From Macrostomum lignano (lineage: Eukaryota): 64,000 nucleotides of DNA. A program made the translations under genes and the position numbers. A model generated the notes under the pieces. It worked only from the letters and a program-made list of their open reading frames with translations, searched no databases and was not told the origin of the DNA. Shown piece after piece: positions 58,901 through 64,000 of this stretch. Numbering within the stretch: the first letter of the stretch is position 1; each line of letters begins with the position of its first letter. The DNA is taken from the NCBI GenBank assembly GCA_002269645.1, contig NIVC01001591.1:62001-126000 (forward strand), given 5' to 3'.

Positions 58901-61900
58901 TTGCTAGTGATCCCTTTATGGCCCACTTTGAGTTACTTTCACTTTCAAAAAATAACTTTTCAAGGCCGAGACAAGTCGAACACACAAGGAGGTGAGGAAC
59001 CAGATTGCTTTTGCATGCATCAGGAGGAAAATGCTGATTGTTGCAACCTCATTCTTGCTTGGTTTGAGATTCTTAATTAACTTTTTTCGTGTCGCTTTAA
59101 ATTGTATTCAGAGTTGAAGCAATGTTCTAATCGGTTGGTGACTTTGAATATGAATGAGCCATGTTGTGTCAACAATACGGTTTAAAAATTTCGAGAGCAT
59201 TATATGCAATCTCTGACTTTCTGACAACAGAATGCGCATTACAAAGACATTATCTTATACCTAATGCAGGTTTAAATAATGTTTGAAAACTTATCTAACG
59301 AGTTCAGTGCTTATCTATCAAGTTCAGTGCTTATCTAACAAGTTCAGTGCTTATCTTTTCAAAGATCAATGCTTTTCTAACAAGTTTAGTGCTAGTCTAA
59401 CAAATTCAATGCTTATTTAACAAGATCAGTGCTTATCTAACAAGTTCAGTGCTTATCTAACAAGTTCAGTGCTTACCTATCAAGTTCAGTGCTTATCTTT
59501 TCAAAGTTCAATGCTTATCTAACGAGTTCAGTGCTTATCTAACGAGTTCAGTGCTTATCTAACAAGTTCAGTGCTTATCTATCAAGTTCAGTGCTTATCT
59601 ATCAAGTTCAGTGCTTATCTAACAAGTTCAGTGCTTATCTATCAAGTTCAGTGCTTATCTAACAAGTTCAGTGCTTATCTTATCTAAGTTCAATGCTTAT
59701 CTAACAAATTTAGTGCTAATCTAACAAATTCAATGCTTATCTAACAAGTTCAGTGCTTACCTATTAAGTTCAGTGCTTATCTAGCAAGTTCAGTGCTTAT
59801 CTAAAAAGATCAGTGCTTATCTATCAAGTTCAGTGCTTATCTAACAAGTTCGGTGCTTATCTAACAAGTTCAGTGCTTATCTAAAAAGATCAGTGCTTAT
59901 CTATCAAGTTCAGTGCTTATCTAACAAGTTCGGTGGTTATCTAACAAGTTCAGTGCTTATCTAAAAAGATCAGTGCTTATCTATCAAGTTCAGTGCTTAT
60001 CTAACAAGTTCAATGCTTATCTAACAAGTTCAAAGCTTATCTAACGAGTTCAGTGCTTATCTAACAAGTTCAGTGCTTATCTATCAAGTTCAGTGCTTAT
60101 CTATCAAGTTCAGTGCTTATCTAACAAGTTCAGTGCTTATCTTATCTAAGTTCAATGCTTATCTAACAAATTTAGTGCTAATTTAACAAATCCAATGCTT
60201 ATCTAACAAGTTCAAAGCTTATCTAACGAGTTTTGTGCTTATCTATCAAGTTCAGTGCTTATCTATCAAGTTCAGTGCTTATCTAACAAGTTCAGTGCTT
60301 ATCTATCAAGTTCAGTGCTTATCTATCAAGTTCAGTGCTTATCTAACAAGTTCAGTGCTTATCTTATCTAAGTTCAATGCTTATCTAACAAATTTAGTGC
60401 TAATTTAACAAATCCAATGCTTATCTAACAAGTTCAAAGCTTATCTAACGAGTTTTGTGCTTATCTATCAAGTTCAGTGCTTATCTATCAAGTTCAGTGC
60501 TTATCTAACAAGTTCAGTGCTTATCTATCAAGTTCAGTGCTTATCTATCAAGTTCAGTGCTTATCTAACAAGTTCAGTGCTTATCTTATCTAAGTTCAAT
60601 GCTTATCTAACAAATTTAGTGCTAATTTAACAAATCCAATGCTTATCTAACAAGTTCAAAGCTTATCTAACGAGTTTTGTGCTTATCTAAAAGGTTAAAT
60701 GCTAATCTATTAAGTCCAGTGCTTATCTAACAAGTTCAGTGCTTATCTAACAAGTTCAATGCTTATCTAACAAGTTCAATGTCTATCTAACAAGTTTAGT
60801 GATTATTTAACAGGTTAAATGCTTATCTATCAAGTTCAGTGCTTATCTAACAAGTTCTTTGATTATCTATCACTCTACACCTAATCTCAGGTTTCTTTAC
60901 TTTTTCTTTGTCTAACATATGGAGTGCAATAATTGGAGTTTTTTACCCAAATATCGCTTTTTATTCCGTAATCAAAAACTTCAAGGCTGCTGGATTGTCA
61001 CCGGCGGCTTCAACGTTGGCATCATGAAACTGACTGGTGAGGCTGTGAGGGACTACACAGATGCCTACGGCAGCAACCACATGAATGCCATCGGCATCGC
61101 CAGCTGGGGCTGCATCGCACGGCGGGAGGCCCTTGAGAATCATAATTATGAGGTTGGCGGAGACTGCAATGATTTGAATAAATTACAGTTTTTCAAATTG
61201 TCATTTCTCAGATCGATCAATCCCAGACTCTCAGGTAGATCAATCCCTGTGACACCTCTGGGTAGGGTGTCAGATCAGACAACCTACCCAGACACTCAGG
61301 TAGACAGGTAGATGAGACACCTTACCCAGACACTCAGGTAGACAGGTAGATGAGACACCTTACCCAGACACTCAGGTAGACAGGTAGCAGACACCCTACC
61401 CCCCTACCCAGACACTCAGGTAGGCATGTAGACCACACGCTCCCACCATCCCACAGGGCTCATTCCCAGCATCGTATCAGTCTGAGGACTCCGACAGCGG
61501 CCGGCCGCAGGACTTGCAGCCCGCTTCGATAGCCCAGGACGAAGAGGAACTGCCGTTGGACCCGAACCACACTCACTTCTTCCTGGTTGACACCGGCTTC
61601 AATCGTCGGAAAGGCCGCGACTGTCAATTCCGGACCCGATTTGCTCACGTCATCGGCACCTGGCGCGATGAGGAGAATCGCGAAGTGAAAGTGCCGATGT
61701 GCGGCCTGCTGATTGGCGGAGATCGGTTCAACTTGGAGCAGATTTTCTACGCTCTGACGGATAACCGGTGCCCAATTATGGCGATAAAGGTAAGTTAAAA
61801 TGAGTAGTTAAGACTAGATTTTCTTAGAAACGATCAAAAGGCATTTTCTTAGAAATGGATTAGAACTAACAACTTTGAAACGATGCACGATTTGTTTTTC

Positions 61901-63936
61901 TTCGAAGCACAAGTTTGAAGACAAGTTTTTCTTAGAAAATGTACAGAAAAAGCTTTTTCTTAGAAAATTATCAAGACTGAACTTCGTAAAAAAACATCAA
62001 TAATATTTTTAGGAACGGGTTAAGATTTTTTTATAGAAAATATAGATTGCTAGCTGTGAAAGAATAGCTTTTCTTAGAAACGGTGAAAGACTAGCTTTTC
62101 TTAGAAACGATGGAAAACCAGCTTTTCTTAGAAACGGTGAAAAACTAGCATTTCTTAGAAACGATGGACGAATAACTTTTCTTAGAAACAGTGGAAGACT
62201 AGCATTTCTTAGAAACGGTGGATGACCAGCTTTTCTTAGAAACGGTGAAAGACTAGCTTTTCTTAGAAACGGTACAAGACTAGCTTTTCTTAGAAATTAT
62301 ATAATTGACTACTTTTTTTAGATGCGATGAAAAGAAATAAAAAATCATAGAAAAACTATACTACATACTCGTATATTACAAAATAAAAGTACACTTCGCT
62401 CACTCAGGGCACTGGCGGGGCGGCAGATGTGGTTGCCGTCGCATTCGACTCCTACTTCCAAGAGGTGGCGTCGCCTGACAACCCGAAAAAGGAACTGGAG
62501 ACAGATGAGGAGAAGCAAGCCAGACTGTCCGCTAAGTGAGTCACGTGACTTACGGTGATGGGCCATGATGATTGCCTGGCTGTAAAAGTTGCAATCCTCT
62601 GTCTAACAGTTGTGACACTATCCTCTGTCTAACAGGTGTGACACTATCCCCTGTCTAACTGGTGACACTATCCCCTGTCTAACAGTTGTGACACTATCCT
62701 CTGTCTAACAGGTGTGACACTATCCCCTGTCTAACTGGTGACACTATCCCCTGTCTAACAGGTGTTACACTATCCTCTGTCTAACAGGTGTGACACTATC
62801 CCCTGTCTAACTGGTGACACTATCCCCTGTCTAAAAGGTGTGACACTATCTCCTGTCTAAAAGGTGTGACACTATCCCCTGTCTAAAAGGTGTGACACTA
62901 TCCCCTGTCTAAAAGGTGTGACACTATCCCCTGTCTAACAGGTGTGACACTATCCCCTGTCTAACAGGTGTGACACTATCCCCTGTCTAACAGGTGTGAC
63001 ACTATCCCCTGTCTAACAGGTGTGACACTATCCCCTGTCTAACAGGTGACACTATCTCCTGTCTAACAGGTGTGACACTATCCCCTGTCTAACAGTTGTG
63101 ACACTATCCCCTGTCTAACAGGTGTGACACAATCCCCTGTCTAACAGGTGTGACACTATCCCCTGTCTAACAGGTGTGACACTATCCCCTGTCTAACAGG
63201 TGTGACACAATCCCCTGTCTAACAGGTGTGACACTATCCCCTGTCTAACAGGTGACACTATCTCCTGTCTAACAGGTGTGACACTATCCCCTGTCTAACA
63301 GTTGTGACACTATCCCCTATCTAACAGGTGTGACACTATCCCCTGTCTACCAGGTGTGACACTATCCCCTGTCTAACAGGTGTGACACTATCCCCTGTCT
63401 AACAGGTGTGACACTATCCCCTGTCTAACAGGTGTGACACTATCCCCTGTCTAACAGGTGTGACACTATCCCCTGTCTAACAGGTGTGACACTATCCCCT
63501 GTCTAACAGGTGTGACACTATCTCCTGTCTAACAGGTGTGACACTATCCCCTGTCCAACAATCCCAAATCCCAACCCGCAGACTCGCAGGCATCTGTCAA
63601 GAATTCTTCAACTCACCCGAGGGCTTTTGCGACTACAGCAGAGAGGTGGAGATGCTGCACACCATCATGTCTCAGCACACCAGCTTAATCGAGATATTCG
63701 ACATGGAAGAGGACTTCGATCTGGATGGCAAAATGATTGCATCGCTTCTGAGCAGCGGTGGGTTTGTTGCTAACTCCGTTTTTCGAATTTAAAATTGATA
63801 GAAAAAAACATTTTTTTCAGCCGGTAGCGACACCAACCCCGATCAGCTGAACTTGAAACAGCTGAAGATCTGCCTGACACTGAACCGGGCGGATATTGCC
63901 AGGGACAAAATCTTCCTGGAGAACAAGAAGTGGAAG
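52960..63936 (+). CDS. TRPM: TRPM-family cation channel with N-terminal ankyrin repeats; 5' part only, continues past the window end
   Basis: Exons 52960-53088, 54251(or 54263)-54457, 55105-55191, 55408-55482, 56656-56723, 57380-57632, 58023-58197, 60986-61152, 61457-61789, 62408-62535, 63582-63757 and 63821-63936, all phase-compatible. Ankyrin motifs DGRTALHLACQFG and AGRQPLQLAA. TRPM MHR/SLOG motifs CACG..H, PTNAFGEIEF, WIVTGGFNVGIMKLTGEAVRD, IGIASWG, LDPNHTHFFLVD, KGTGGAAD, QLKICLTLNRADIARDKIF. Start may be upstream (ORF is open from 52789). Confidence 0.88.
53170..54005 (+). repeat. 30-bp minisatellite GGAATTGCTGAGATGTCAAGGCTCATGGGT, TRPM intron 1
   Basis: About 22 near-perfect units in two variant blocks (CTTATT then CTCATG), plus degenerate flanks. 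Confidence 0.97.
54509..55015. mobile_element. Possible solo LTR or other small insertion in TRPM intron 2
   Basis: ~507-bp GC-richer block bounded by TGTAAA...TTTACA (inverted repeat extends to 9 bp, TGCTGTAAA/TTTACAGCA). A second inverted pair GCTGAGCCC/GGGCTCAGC lies inside. No target-site duplication found. Confidence 0.3.
55590..56010 (+). repeat. Degenerate telomere-like (TTTAGG/TTAGGG) tract, TRPM intron 4
   Basis: GGTTTAGGTTTAGGGTT-type variants. Confidence 0.7.
56724..57325 (+). repeat. 21/23-bp minisatellite GAA(C/G)TACCAT(GT)GTTCTCAGATT, TRPM intron 5
   Basis: Begins at the donor GTGAGAACTACCAT; ~27 units. Confidence 0.97.
57758..57860 (+). repeat. Short dispersed repeat family, copy 3
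   Basis: AAGGCACAGTGAAGTGTACATGCTTAACGATAAATAAAGTCAGGGCCGCTGTACACTCCTGTG. Confidence 0.6.
58300..58905 (+). repeat. 30-31-bp minisatellite (CCAGCCTCCCAGATCCTCAGTTGCTGGG), TRPM intron 7; same family as 46.25-47.67 kb
   Basis: Some units are identical to those of the Myo1 intron 11 array. Confidence 0.95.
59290..60870 (+). repeat. 20-bp minisatellite GCTTATCTAACAAGTTCAGT with higher-order blocks, TRPM intron 7
   Basis: About 75 units; the variant AAATTTAGTGCTAAT marks repeated blocks. Confidence 0.97.
61205..61445 (+). repeat. ~38-bp repeat CTTACCCAGACACTCAGGTAGACAGGTAGATGAGACAC, TRPM intron 8
   Basis: 4-5 units. Confidence 0.85.
61810..62300 (+). repeat. ~27-bp minisatellite GCTTTTCTTAGAAACGGTGAAAGACTA, TRPM intron 9
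   Basis: TTTTCTTAGAAA recurs about 14 times. Confidence 0.85.
62590..63560 (+). repeat. 26-bp minisatellite GTGTGACACTATCCCCTGTCTAACAG, TRPM intron 10
   Basis: About 37 units. Confidence 0.97.
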
Positions 63937-63948
63937 GTAATTATACTG

Positions 63949-63949
<1 letters not shown>

Positions 63950-64000
<51 letters not shown>
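63950..64000. repeat. (TGTC)n microsatellite
   Basis: Runs to the window end. Confidence 0.95.

Overview
Eukaryotic (animal) genomic DNA with compact GC-rich exons and introns filled by tandem minisatellites. This style and the gene set suggest a free-living flatworm such as Macrostomum (inference, not verified). I reconstructed five spliced genes by hand with splice-phase checks: (1) a rhodopsin-class FMRFamide/peptide-receptor-like GPCR (+, 2199-7909, GC-AG first intron); (2) a ONECUT CUT+homeodomain transcription factor (-, 16527-21705); (3) a SENP1/2-like SUMO protease (-, 26544-35707); (4) a long-tailed class I myosin, MYO1E/F-like (+, 37175-49782); (5) a TRPM-family channel that runs off the window end and has true ankyrin repeats spliced in frame ahead of its TRPM N-terminus (+, ~52960->63936). 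About 40 tandem arrays, two copies of a tRNA-derived SINE, a second short dispersed repeat and an unexplained degraded ORF region (23.4-24.5 kb) are also present. The main unexplained signals are the ankyrin-TRPM fusion and the non-random intronic arrays. Six arrays with different units share the core AGAATCGCCCCT and all lie on the sense strand of their host genes. Most arrays are C-rich on the sense strand, and many look like repeated branchpoint/3' splice-site motifs. Repeat boundaries and copy numbers are by-eye estimates. No database searches were run.
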